64,000 bases of DNA from Bdellovibrionota bacterium (GTDB taxonomy: Bacteria; Bdellovibrionota_G; JALEGL01; DATDPG01). The translations under genes and the position numbers were made by a program. The notes beneath the pieces were generated by a model. That model saw only the letters and a program-made list of their open reading frames with translations. It had not been told where the DNA came from and ran no database searches. Location: contig OY764265.1 in the NCBI GenBank assembly GCA_963668355.1, positions 352,001 to 416,000 of the forward strand. Reading direction: 5' to 3'. Of this stretch, positions 47,055 to 56,608 are shown one piece after another (position 1 is the first letter of the stretch; each line of letters starts with the position of its first letter).

Positions 47055-49118
47055 CTACTCCTCTTCTAAAAGCGTCGAGTACCCACGAAATTGTTTCGTC
47101 CAATTTTCTCCGACATGCACAACGCCGGTGTCCGGGAATCCTGGAGGCTGCCAACGCGACACCCGAGGATCTCCATTGATCAACTTCCGGCTAAAACCCG
47201 TTGTGTAGCCTCCAGAGTTTCCATACACGGCCTCATTCCAATTTCCTTCACAGAAATTCCCTCCAGGGGCATCTCCATGAACCGCACACCCGGGCAACCA
47301 GCGCCTGTTACTGGTATGCGTGTACTCATTTAAAATGACACTTCCAAAAACAGACAAGGTTTCCGATTGAGCCCGAGATAGTTCCTTATACAAAATACAT
47401 CTGCGGTCTTCTCCGTAGCCATACCAACCGGGGGCGCCGCAATAAATGGGGTCCGCCCGACGTGTCCAATTTCCATCCGCATCCTGAAAATAGTATGAAT
47501 CATCTTCGTTGGTCGTCTCCAGAGACCAAATGTCTCCATTCACATCTGGTATCACAGCCTTTCCGGGACTGCTCCCGTCCAGACCGTTGATGCCCTCGAC
47601 ATTCAAACCACCTTCCACGGACATCATGATGGCATCTAAGTCCAAGCTAAACACATTGTTTTTCCACCCAATGTCTCGTCCATCGGGGGGATTCTGGTGA
47701 TAGTCATTGCTATATTCGGATTCCGGATCTTCATCTCGATCATTTTCGACGACAAAGTTCGTAATATTGTTCCAAGGACGACCTTCCGGATCACCTTGCT
47801 TATAAGCTCCACTATTCAAATCGGGACGCATGGGAACACCATAGGGAATCACAATATCTCCTTGAGAAAGAAGACCGACCAAATCATCTGAAAATTCAAC
47901 ATCTTGGTTCACATATTGAACATCGCCCTCCAAAACCAATTGTTTGGGCGTTACGATGGTGAATACCCCATCCACCAATCCTTTGACATGCGCATTCCCG
48001 TGAACATAAAAAATTCCACTCGCATCGAATTCATCGAGGGCTCTTGTCACCACCCCCTCTTCCACATCTTCCAACTCACCCGAATACCTTTGGAACACGT
48101 CATGATACCCCAACGAACCCTCTTCAGGATTTGGTTCAGAGAGGTTACATGGATATTGAACAATCTTCCCGTCATTATTGTCCGTCGTGGGATCCAAAAA
48201 CTTCAGGCAAATGTCGGCGTTGGGATGATCGGGATCGCCAATTTCATGCGTCGCGACCTCTCTCAGAGCATTAAACTCGGCCGTCGAGGGAACGGAAGCC
48301 GGCCATCCGGAACGCACCCCTTTATCAAAGATGATTTGCGCACCGGCAAAATCAAACGGAAACGTGGAAGGATCATCATCCGGACTCAGTTCTCGATCTT
48401 CTCCACCAGAAAACGTAACCAACTCCTTGAACAAGTGAGTTGCGTAAGAGTAGCCATCCAATTTGATTCGTTTGGTCGGATCGGGGTTTCCTTCTGAGTC
48501 AAAGAACAGACCAAAATGAACTCTTCCTCCAAAACTTCCAGGTGCAAGGTCCAACTCGTCCACTCCATCGGGAACTCGTGGGTGATTCAGTGCGAACGAA
48601 TATTCCGCCCAATTCTCCGGACGAAGGCTGATTTCCCCTTCCATCGTAAAGACTTCTTGAGAACTTAAATGTTTGGCTTGGGAAACGATGGTAAAGGTTT
48701 TGGGGAAATGATCATCCGCTCCCACGCCACCATTTTCGGCATTTGGAAAGTAAAACACTTGGAGCTCGACATTGTCTTCAAGGATATCAAAGCGGGGAAC
48801 AATTCCTCCTCTAGACTCACCCGGAGCTGGAGGGAAAAAACCCACCTTTAATAACTCTTCTTGAGAGGCGTATTCGTCAAACGTTGAGAAATTTTCTTCC
48901 AGTCCGCGATTGAGCAAATCCCTTTTTCCCAGGTTGAAGCCTTTTTCGGCCGTGGTCTGCAAAACCGCACCTCTTCGAAACATGCCGCCGATTTTATTCT
49001 TCAGACTCGTTGAAGCGAGAAGCGCAATGACGACAACCATCCCAACACCAATTGCGATCAACACCGCAATCAAGGCCACGCCCTTGTTAGATTGTTGTCT
49101 CTTAAAATTTGTTTTCAT
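47055..49118 (-). CDS. Large PilX-like minor pilin / pilus assembly protein
   Basis: Class III signal KG|VALIAVLIAIG lacking Glu5; large acidic beta-rich C-terminus ending GDPRVSRWQPPGFP. Confidence 0.75.
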   Translation of the reverse strand: MKTNFKRQQSNKGVALIAVLIAIGVGMVVVIALLASTSLKNKIGGMFRRGAVLQTTAEKGFNLGKRDLLNRGLEENFSTFDEYASQEELLKVGFFPPAPGESRGGIVPRFDILEDNVELQVFYFPNAENGGVGADDHFPKTFTIVSQAKHLSSQEVFTMEGEISLRPENWAEYSFALNHPRVPDGVDELDLAPGSFGGRVHFGLFFDSEGNPDPTKRIKLDGYSYATHLFKELVTFSGGEDRELSPDDDPSTFPFDFAGAQIIFDKGVRSGWPASVPSTAEFNALREVATHEIGDPDHPNADICLKFLDPTTDNNDGKIVQYPCNLSEPNPEEGSLGYHDVFQRYSGELEDVEEGVVTRALDEFDASGIFYVHGNAHVKGLVDGVFTIVTPKQLVLEGDVQYVNQDVEFSDDLVGLLSQGDIVIPYGVPMRPDLNSGAYKQGDPEGRPWNNITNFVVENDRDEDPESEYSNDYHQNPPDGRDIGWKNNVFSLDLDAIMMSVEGGLNVEGINGLDGSSPGKAVIPDVNGDIWSLETTNEDDSYYFQDADGNWTRRADPIYCGAPGWYGYGEDRRCILYKELSRAQSETLSVFGSVILNEYTHTSNRRWLPGCAVHGDAPGGNFCEGNWNEAVYGNSGGYTTGFSRKLINGDPRVSRWQPPGFPDTGVVHVGENWTKQFRGYSTLLEEE

Positions 49119-50482
49119 TACATACCTCCTGAAGAACTCCCCGGGGGATCCGGCACACTTCCACCTGAGGAAGAGCTAGAAGAACTCGAACTGGAAGAAC
49201 TGGAAGAGCTGGAAGAACTCGAACTGGAGGGCACGTAATCACAATCATGCATCTCTCCCTCGTGCAGAATGAAACACGCTCCATCCGCAGCATTGCTATT
49301 TCCGGGTTCACCTCTGGCACTGAGAAGATTGAGAGGTCGAACCTCTCGATCAATGTGGACCGTTCCCTCTCCCTCTAACTTAGATGTTTGTTGTTTGATT
49401 CGAAATGCCAGTCGAGAAAGAAGGGGATAACCCAACTCATTTCCACGCAGGTAGAGCGGATCATCAACACAAGGCGAGGGACGCCCTCCACCATCTTCGC
49501 CATAGGGCGCGGCCGTGGGTTTGCGGGTTTGTGTATCGTTTTTCAAAACGTATTCCACAACAAACTCTGACGTCCTTAACATGAAGGGGGCCCAAACATT
49601 CGAACTAAAGGCCGTGGCCAAGGTGTTTGGAGCTGTAAAATTTTGGCTCACCGGATTGTAGCCATCATCGAATTGATGATCCCATCGATACACCATCTCC
49701 GTTTCGGGATCGTGCGCATATGTCACAATGGAGACCTCACGAATGGAAGCCGGAGCCATAGAACCTACGCCGTAACTATGTGTCATCAAATGATTCCATA
49801 TGGAGGTATCCGTATCATGATAGATTTCATACGCTCCACTCACAGCATCTTCCTCAATACGTGTGATTCGAACAATGTCACTTGCGGCCGCATCCTTAAT
49901 ATGAATAAAATCACCTTTCTCGAGTCCCTTCCTGGACATCAACACAATGGGATTGTTCGTCACCGATTGACTGGTTTCAAAATAGGTTCCCGTGGATGGA
50001 TCGATCGCCAAAGGAATCGAGACACTTTCATTCGTGAAGAAAGCGATCCGAATACCGTCACTCACGCCTGGAGCGCTGGGATTTAAGTAATCGCTTGGAT
50101 TGATGGCATCCAACGTCGTCAAGATTTGAATGGAATCTTTCGCATATCCGGGAAAGGGGACAAGACCATACGGAATGAAATCCACAATTTGACCATCGAT
50201 GGAAACACATTCATCCAGGTTGCCAAGCGCCGTCGTGTTCTCACTCACAGAACTACGCCTTAAGATCACCACATTGGAGACTTCCTGTTCCAAACGCCTT
50301 AAGGCTTTCTGGGTTTCAAAATCCAGTTTTGAATTCCGAATCGTTTGAGTGTTTCGACGGGAAGACTGCGTGAGACCAAAAAACACTCCCCCGAACACAA
50401 GCATCAATAGAACCATGGAAACCATGAGTTCTGTCATTCCAAATCCTGAGTTTCGGCGGTGTTGGCTTAAGTACAAACGCAA
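49118..50482 (-). CDS. PilW-like minor pilin with prepilin N-terminal cleavage/methylation motif
   Basis: RRNSG|FGMTELMVSMVLL (G-1/F+1/E+5). Start proposed at TTG 50482 (SD GGGAG); the ORF extends to 50557. Confidence 0.8.
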   Translation of the reverse strand: MRLYLSQHRRNSGFGMTELMVSMVLLMLVFGGVFFGLTQSSRRNTQTIRNSKLDFETQKALRRLEQEVSNVVILRRSSVSENTTALGNLDECVSIDGQIVDFIPYGLVPFPGYAKDSIQILTTLDAINPSDYLNPSAPGVSDGIRIAFFTNESVSIPLAIDPSTGTYFETSQSVTNNPIVLMSRKGLEKGDFIHIKDAAASDIVRITRIEEDAVSGAYEIYHDTDTSIWNHLMTHSYGVGSMAPASIREVSIVTYAHDPETEMVYRWDHQFDDGYNPVSQNFTAPNTLATAFSSNVWAPFMLRTSEFVVEYVLKNDTQTRKPTAAPYGEDGGGRPSPCVDDPLYLRGNELGYPLLSRLAFRIKQQTSKLEGEGTVHIDREVRPLNLLSARGEPGNSNAADGACFILHEGEMHDCDYVPSSSSSSSSSSSSSSSSSSSSSGGSVPDPPGSSSGGM

Positions 50483-50519
50483 AATGGTGCTCCCTTGACC
50501 TCGGTCCCGTTTAGGTGGC

Positions 50520-50535
50520 TGCACGAATTGTTCCA
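50520..50535 (-). promoter_or_regulatory. Putative sigma54 promoter for the minor pilin pair
   Basis: Minus strand TGGAACAATTCGTGCA (GG-N10-GC), ~40 bp before the TTG start. Confidence 0.5.
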
Positions 50536-51033
50536 TGATGGCTCTCCCAACAGACATTTAGAAAAGCTAATTTTACTACAATTTTAACAAGTTAACTGGC
50601 TTAAAAGAAATCCTTCTCAAAAATCGGTGGAGAGTTTTCGCCAATTCGAAGAAAGAACGCAAATCTTGCGTAGGAGGCCCGCCCAGGGGGAGCCTCCCAA
50701 AATGGAAGTAAAGTTACTCAACCCAATACGGACGAACGTCTTTGGGGAATGCGCATATTGATAAACTCTACGGCCAAAGAAAAGAACATGGCGAGATAAA
50801 TGCACCCACGATTGATGTGTTGCCCCGTGCTTTCACCGACCAAGAAGATTCCAATTCCATTAGGGTCAGTGCAGACAAGAAAACCACAATCTCAAATGAC
50901 ATTACGTTCTCCTCTTGATCGTTCCATTTGCACGAATGCGTGTTTCCAGTATATAGCCCTAAAAAGGTTTCTAAATACGAAATCACCCCTCTCTTTCAAG
51001 CGGGAAGTCTCGGGGTGAGCAGGAGAAGGAAAG

Positions 51034-51519
51034 ATGCCCTCATTTGACATTGTATCCCAGATTAACTTGGCTGAAGTCGACAACGCGATCAACCAAGCCA
51101 ATAAAGAGTTAACGCAACGGTTTGACTTTCGAGGGAGTAACAGCAAAATCAACCGAGACAATTTAGTCGTCACGATCGATTCAAGTGATGATTACAAAGT
51201 TAAGGCCGCCTACGATGTCCTTCAATCCAAACTCGTCAAACGAAATGTCTCGCTAAAAAGTGTGCAGCCAGAAAACATTGAGCCGGCAGCGGGCGGAAGA
51301 GCCAGACAAAAACTCAACCTCATTCAAGGGATCGAACAAGATCGGGCCCGAGAGATCATCAAGAAAATCAAAGCTTCAAAAATCAAAGTTCAATCCTCCA
51401 TTCAAGGAGACGAACTACGCATCTCTGGAAAGAAAAGGGATGACCTTCAAGAAACCATTGCTTTGGTCAAAGAAATGGACCTTCCCCTATCCCTTCAATT
51501 TATCAATTTTAGAGACTAA
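51034..51519 (+). CDS. yajQ: YajQ family nucleotide/c-di-GMP-binding protein
   Basis: MPSFDIVS...RFDFRGS...GKKRDDLQ...FINFRD. Confidence 0.96.
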   Translation: MPSFDIVSQINLAEVDNAINQANKELTQRFDFRGSNSKINRDNLVVTIDSSDDYKVKAAYDVLQSKLVKRNVSLKSVQPENIEPAAGGRARQKLNLIQGIEQDRAREIIKKIKASKIKVQSSIQGDELRISGKKRDDLQETIALVKEMDLPLSLQFINFRD

Positions 51520-51528
51520 AAAAGCACG

Positions 51529-51894
51529 TTATTTTCGCTCTAGAATCTCAATGTCATAACCATTGGGATCTTTGATGAAGATGTACTTGGATGAAAGTTC
51601 GGGACGAGACTTTCTAAAATCCCAACCTTTTTCCTGAACCTTTTTGATGACTTCTTCAAGGTCAGCTACATGAAAGGCCAAATGCCCAAATTGGTTTCCC
51701 AGATCGTAATCATCTTTTCCAACATTATACGTGAGTTCAATCTCGTGATCCGTAATGCCATCCTTTAAAAAAACCAAAACGGCTTCCGATCCAATTTCCT
51801 TTCGACCCACTTCTTTGAGTCCTAAAAACTGCGTGTAAAACCCCACAGAAGCATCCAAGTCCTTCACACGAATCATCGTATGTGCAATTTTCAT
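51529..51894 (-). CDS. gloA: Lactoylglutathione lyase / VOC family protein
   Basis: HTMIRVKDL, IELTYN, FGHLAF, DPNGYDIEI. Confidence 0.85.
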   Translation of the reverse strand: MKIAHTMIRVKDLDASVGFYTQFLGLKEVGRKEIGSEAVLVFLKDGITDHEIELTYNVGKDDYDLGNQFGHLAFHVADLEEVIKKVQEKGWDFRKSRPELSSKYIFIKDPNGYDIEILERK

Positions 51895-51906
51895 TTCATC
51901 CTCTCC

Positions 51907-52878
51907 TTAACCGGGAAAATGTTTTCTCCACCAGTCCGAGTTGTTTACATACCAATCCACCGTCATTTCAAGTCCCCTTTCGAAAGAAATTGAAGGTTTC
52001 CAATCCAACTCTTTTCTCGCCTTCTCTGAGCTCATGGAATATCGCCAATCGTGCCCCGGTCGATCTGTCACAAATTCCATTTTCGAACATGTTTCTGGAA
52101 AGAATGCCTTAAGCGCTTCAACGACTTCGATATTTCTTTTCTCCATATTTCCACCAAAATTATAAATTTGCCCGAGACGTCCATGCTCAATCGCAGACCA
52201 AATTCCTCGACATTGATCCTCCACATAAATCCAATCTCGCATGTTTTTTCCATTCCCATAAACAGGCAATCCCTCGCCCAACATGCACTTGCACAGCATC
52301 CGCGGAATGAGTTTCTCCGGAAATTGAAAGGGCCCAAAATTATTCGAGCACCTCACAATGATTCCTGGAAATCGAAAGGATTTGATGTTGGCCAAAAGCA
52401 ATAAATCTGCAGAGGCTTTGGATGCACTGTAGGGATTGTTGGGCAACAAAGGCGATTGTTCATCAAAAGACGGTTCTCCTTCAGCAAGACTTCCATACAC
52501 TTCATCCGTGGAAACATGAACAAATCGTTTAACCCCCTTCCATTTGGATAAACACAGCAAATTGGCCGTACCCAGGACATTGGTGGACACAAAGTCTGAA
52601 GGCTGAGTCAAACTCCGGTCAACATGACTTTCCGCAGCAAAGTGAACCAAGACATCCACGTTCTCTTGTTTCTCAAAAACATTCTTCAGATCATCCATCT
52701 GGCGAATATCTGTATGAGAAAATCTGTAATGAGGATGATCCTCACAATCACTCAAATTTTCTTTGATCCCTGCGTAGGTGAGAGCATCCACATTGGTAAC
52801 CCAAGCCCCTTTGGACAAGGCCAATCGAACAAAGTGACTTCCGATAAACCCGCATCCTCCTGTCACGATCATTTTCAT
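51907..52878 (-). CDS. rfbB: dTDP-glucose 4,6-dehydratase
   Basis: TGGCGFIGS, AAESHVDRS, STDEVYG, YSASK, DRPGHD. Confidence 0.96.
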   Translation of the reverse strand: MKMIVTGGCGFIGSHFVRLALSKGAWVTNVDALTYAGIKENLSDCEDHPHYRFSHTDIRQMDDLKNVFEKQENVDVLVHFAAESHVDRSLTQPSDFVSTNVLGTANLLCLSKWKGVKRFVHVSTDEVYGSLAEGEPSFDEQSPLLPNNPYSASKASADLLLLANIKSFRFPGIIVRCSNNFGPFQFPEKLIPRMLCKCMLGEGLPVYGNGKNMRDWIYVEDQCRGIWSAIEHGRLGQIYNFGGNMEKRNIEVVEALKAFFPETCSKMEFVTDRPGHDWRYSMSSEKARKELDWKPSISFERGLEMTVDWYVNNSDWWRKHFPG

Positions 52879-52990
52879 GTTTGCCCCTTTTTAAATCTCG
52901 ATTTCTTTCCGATTTTTTTACCTGAGTCTTGCACGATGCAAATCGGAGTATGACTTATGATACACTTCCCACTCTGAAAGAAAGGTTCCA

Positions 52991-54124
52991 ATGCGACGAG
53001 CTCTACTCACTCTTGAATTCATGCCTTCTCCGGGAGGAATCGAACGATTGCTTCATGAAAGAGCCAAAGCCTATCAACCCGAAAGCACAACGGTGTTTGC
53101 CCCAAATTCCCCTGGCGCCAAAGAGTTTGATCGAACCACTCCCTATCGTATTGTTCGGACCTCCGCACGGTTTCGAAAGATTCCACTGTTGCGTCGCCTG
53201 GAACAAACCTACGGTCCCATTTTTGCTTTTTTGAGAGCCCACAAAAAGGATCGTTTCGAGGAACTTGAGTGTGGTCAAGCGTTTCCCTTCCCTTTATTTT
53301 TTTGGATGTTCACGCGCTTTGTCAAAACGCCCTACATCATCTGGGTTCACGGAAACGACTTTCTGGCTCCGTTGAAAATCCCCCTGCTAAAAGGATGGCT
53401 TCGAAAGGCCTTTTTCCAAGCCACGTTGGTGGTAACTAATAGCCACTTCGTTGCCCAATTGGTCAAAGATCAGGGAGTCCTTGCCTCAAAAATACGAACG
53501 ATGAACCCTTTTGTAGACACTGAAAAATTCCATCCCATTCCCCAGTCAGATTCTGTTTTGGAACGTCATCATTGGAAAAACCATCAGGTCTTACTTACGG
53601 TCGGGAGACTCGTGGAAAGAAAAGGCATTGACTCGGTGATTCATTGCCTTCCGAAGTTGCTCTCAAAACATCCGAAGGTACGATATTTGGTCATCGGAAA
53701 TGGTCCAGAAATGGATCGCCTCAAAGACCTCCGCAAAAAATTGGGACTCGAAGAAATTGTGTGCTTGGCTGGATTCGTTCCGGAGGAGTCCTTGATCTCT
53801 TATTATAGCTCGGCCTATGCCTTTGTGATGCCCAGCAAATTCATTCCCAAGAAAGGATCTGTCGAAGGTCTGGGACTGGTCTATCTCGAGGCAAATGCCT
53901 GTGGATTGCCTGTAATCGCCGGAAAAGCGGGCGGAGTTGTGGACATTGTTCACCATGAACGAAATGGCCTTCTCGTAAACCCGGAAGATTTAAATGACAT
54001 CTCGACCAACCTTGATCGGATTCTGGGCGATTCTCAGCTAAGAAACCAAATGGCCGAAGAGGGACTGCGCATTGCACAACGCCCGGCTGACTGGTCGTTC
54101 CTTTCCTTGAAGAATCTCTCCTAA
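52991..54124 (+). CDS. Glycosyltransferase family 4
   Basis: GGIER, VGRLVERKG, EGLGLVYLEANACG. Confidence 0.93.
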   Translation: MRRALLTLEFMPSPGGIERLLHERAKAYQPESTTVFAPNSPGAKEFDRTTPYRIVRTSARFRKIPLLRRLEQTYGPIFAFLRAHKKDRFEELECGQAFPFPLFFWMFTRFVKTPYIIWVHGNDFLAPLKIPLLKGWLRKAFFQATLVVTNSHFVAQLVKDQGVLASKIRTMNPFVDTEKFHPIPQSDSVLERHHWKNHQVLLTVGRLVERKGIDSVIHCLPKLLSKHPKVRYLVIGNGPEMDRLKDLRKKLGLEEIVCLAGFVPEESLISYYSSAYAFVMPSKFIPKKGSVEGLGLVYLEANACGLPVIAGKAGGVVDIVHHERNGLLVNPEDLNDISTNLDRILGDSQLRNQMAEEGLRIAQRPADWSFLSLKNLS

Positions 54125-54194
54125 AGGGGATTTTTTCTTAAACCTTTCCGGACCGACGTGTATAAAACAAGGGCATTCGGACCACAGGAGGAAG

Positions 54195-55205
54195 GTGATC
54201 ATGATGAAAAAGTGTTTATTGGCATGGGTTGGAGCAATCTTTGTATCATCCTTGGTCTCGGTTTCGGCTGAACCACTGCCTGCACAACCCCCAATTCCTA
54301 AAGACAATCCCATGACACCAGCCAAGATTGAACTTGGGAAGCAGCTCTACTTTGACAAACGTCTTTCAAAGGACAACACCGTTTCATGCAACACTTGTCA
54401 TAACGTGATGGGAAGTGGCACAGACAACCTTCCCGTTTCCTTAGGCATCAAAGGCCAAAAAGGCCCTCGAAACTCACCAACCGTTTGGAACTCGGCTTTC
54501 CTTACGGTTCAATTCTGGGATGGACGGGAACCCACGCTTGAAGCTCAAGCCAAAGGTCCCATGATTAATCCTGTTGAAATGGGCCTCACAAATCACAACG
54601 AGGGCATTGCCAAGCTGAAAAAAATCAAAGGTTATCAAGATCAATTCAAAAACGTCTTTGGTGGAAAAGATCCGATCAACATCGACAATGTTGCGAAAGC
54701 CATCGCTGCCTATGAACGAACGCTCATCACCCCCGACAGCCCCTATGATCGGTACAAAAAGGGGGACAAGAAGGCCATGACACCGAAACAGATCGCGGGG
54801 ATGAAAGAGTTTCAAACAGCCGGCTGTACCGCCTGTCACAACGGCGTAAATTTTGCTGGACCTCCCCTTCCCATGGGAACGGGCTTTTTCATGAAATTTC
54901 CACTGGGCGAAGGGGGTCCGGATATCAAAAAATACAAACTGGCTGAAGACAAAGGCCGTTTTGAGGCCACGAAAGATCCCGCCCACAAAAATTTCTGGCG
55001 GATTCCGACGCTACGAAACGTAGCACTCACCGCTCCCTATTTTCACAACGGATCGGTGTCTGACTTGAAAGAGGTGGTACGAATCATGGGCAAAGAACAA
55101 GTCAATCGAGAACTCAAGCCCGACCAAATCGATAAAATCGTGGCGTTCCTTCACGCGTTGACGGGGAAATTGCCCAAACAAACTGAACCTAAGTTACCCA
55201 AATAG
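54195..55205 (+). CDS. Di-heme cytochrome c peroxidase
   Basis: Signal peptide, CNTCH and CTACH, QFWDGR, PTLRNVALTAPYFHNG. Confidence 0.95.
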   Translation: MIMMKKCLLAWVGAIFVSSLVSVSAEPLPAQPPIPKDNPMTPAKIELGKQLYFDKRLSKDNTVSCNTCHNVMGSGTDNLPVSLGIKGQKGPRNSPTVWNSAFLTVQFWDGREPTLEAQAKGPMINPVEMGLTNHNEGIAKLKKIKGYQDQFKNVFGGKDPINIDNVAKAIAAYERTLITPDSPYDRYKKGDKKAMTPKQIAGMKEFQTAGCTACHNGVNFAGPPLPMGTGFFMKFPLGEGGPDIKKYKLAEDKGRFEATKDPAHKNFWRIPTLRNVALTAPYFHNGSVSDLKEVVRIMGKEQVNRELKPDQIDKIVAFLHALTGKLPKQTEPKLPK

Positions 55206-55221
55206 GATGAAGCATTTTTTC

Positions 55222-55581
55222 CTATCGGAAAGAAAGCGCGAGAAAAAGCCATCCAAAAATGAAACATAGGCCTCCCAAGGGGGTCACGGCGCCCAACCAG
55301 CGTTGGTCCGTGAGGGCCATGACGTAAAGGCTTCCCGAAAAAAGAAGAACCCCCAAAAGAAACAGGGTTCCCGACGCCTTGGGTAGCCATCCTAGATTTG
55401 AAGTAGAAACCCACGCCACGGCGATCAAAGCCAGCGCGTGATACATTTGATACCGCGCGCCGATCTCGACCCATGTCAAAGCTTGCTCCGAGAGCCTACT
55501 TTTCAAACCATGCGCGGCAAAAGCTCCAATGGAAACCCCTAACGCACCCAAAAAACCGCACCAAACACCCCATATATTCAT
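55222..55581 (-). CDS. DUF423 (YgdD/TMEM256) membrane protein
   Basis: GAFAAHGL, YQMYHAL, FSGSLY, TPLGG. Confidence 0.93.
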   Translation of the reverse strand: MNIWGVWCGFLGALGVSIGAFAAHGLKSRLSEQALTWVEIGARYQMYHALALIAVAWVSTSNLGWLPKASGTLFLLGVLLFSGSLYVMALTDQRWLGAVTPLGGLCFIFGWLFLALSFR

Positions 55582-55590
55582 CGCAACACC

Positions 55591-56106
55591 TCACCCTCTC
55601 AAATGATTTCGTTCCAGGTCCAATAACATTTGTTTCCGCCAAAGACCTCCCCCATACCCTCCCAATTTTCCATCTTTGTTCACGACCCGGTGGCAGGGAA
55701 TGACGATGCCGATTCGATTCGTCCCGTTTGCACGCCCCACAGCCCGCTTGGCTTTGGGGTTCTTCAAACGAATGGCCATTTCTTCATAGGATCTCGTTTT
55801 GCCATACGGAATGGAACATAGCTCTTTCCAAACTTTCTGTTGAAACTCGGTTCCCGGAACATCCAGAGGTATGGAAAAGTTCTTTCGCTTCCCCGAAAAA
55901 TACTCGCCCAATTCTTGTTTGAGCGATTCTAGAAGGGAATCACGTCCGGGGACCATGGCACAGCCAAAATATTTATGGAGACTCTTTAACTGCGCTTCCA
56001 AGCTTCGTCGATCCGTAAACTCCAGAAGGCAGAGACCTTTTTCTGTCACTCCAGCCACCAAAGGTCCTAAAGGAGTATCGACCCAGGTCATCGTGATGGC
56101 TTTCAT
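55591..56106 (-). CDS. ogt: Methylated-DNA--protein-cysteine methyltransferase
   Basis: GTEFQQKVW, RAVGRANG, IPCHRV. Confidence 0.93.
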   Translation of the reverse strand: MKAITMTWVDTPLGPLVAGVTEKGLCLLEFTDRRSLEAQLKSLHKYFGCAMVPGRDSLLESLKQELGEYFSGKRKNFSIPLDVPGTEFQQKVWKELCSIPYGKTRSYEEMAIRLKNPKAKRAVGRANGTNRIGIVIPCHRVVNKDGKLGGYGGGLWRKQMLLDLERNHLRG

Positions 56107-56284
56107 CTGGTCACCTTATTAAAAGAAGCTTGTCTCATGAACGCAGACTAGCGACACCAAGCCACCTTCTCTACCGAAAAATGAACTCCAAAAAGAAACA
56201 CCCCCCTCGAAGACACCTAACGCACCGCATTTACTCAGAAAGTCACAACTTCCGACTTCATCGGTCTTAGGGTACGGTGCCGTT

Positions 56285-56608
56285 ATGAAGCCACTCTTTC
56301 TTGGACTCATTCTGATATCGATGGTCTCTCCCACGTTGGCAGCTTCCATCGAATGCGACTCGCTTTCCGAATTGGACTGCCTGAAATCGATGGACTGTGT
56401 TCTGGATCAGGAGCCCGAAACCAAAAACTACTTTTGTCGCAACCCCGTCGATGATTGCGAAAAGGGGTTTTCACAATACGACCCAAAAAAGAAAGCGTGC
56501 GAGAGTAAGTCCAACTGTCAATTCATTCCGGGAAAATGCTATTGCCCACCGGACGTACTATGTGTTTGCGGAGGAGGTTCCCCTCCCTTTTGTCGAGTGA
56601 AAAAATGA
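56285..56608 (+). CDS. Small secreted cysteine-rich protein (12 Cys)
   Basis: Signal peptide MKPLFLGLILISMVSPTLA; its stop overlaps the srkA start. Confidence 0.8.
   Translation: MKPLFLGLILISMVSPTLAASIECDSLSELDCLKSMDCVLDQEPETKNYFCRNPVDDCEKGFSQYDPKKKACESKSNCQFIPGKCYCPPDVLCVCGGGSPPFCRVKK

Noticed and set aside
50708..50719. AGTAAAGTTACT palindrome as the same activator site as at 6590/6944
   Set aside because: The spacer is 2 rather than 3 nt and it is a single copy; cannot be supported.
50768..50986. Small ORF upstream of the pilin pair as a further pilin
   Set aside because: No prepilin G|F-x3-E motif or sustained hydrophobic helix.
51907..54124. rfbB + GT4 as an O-antigen/EPS cluster
   Set aside because: Only two divergent genes; no rfbACD, flippase or polymerase.
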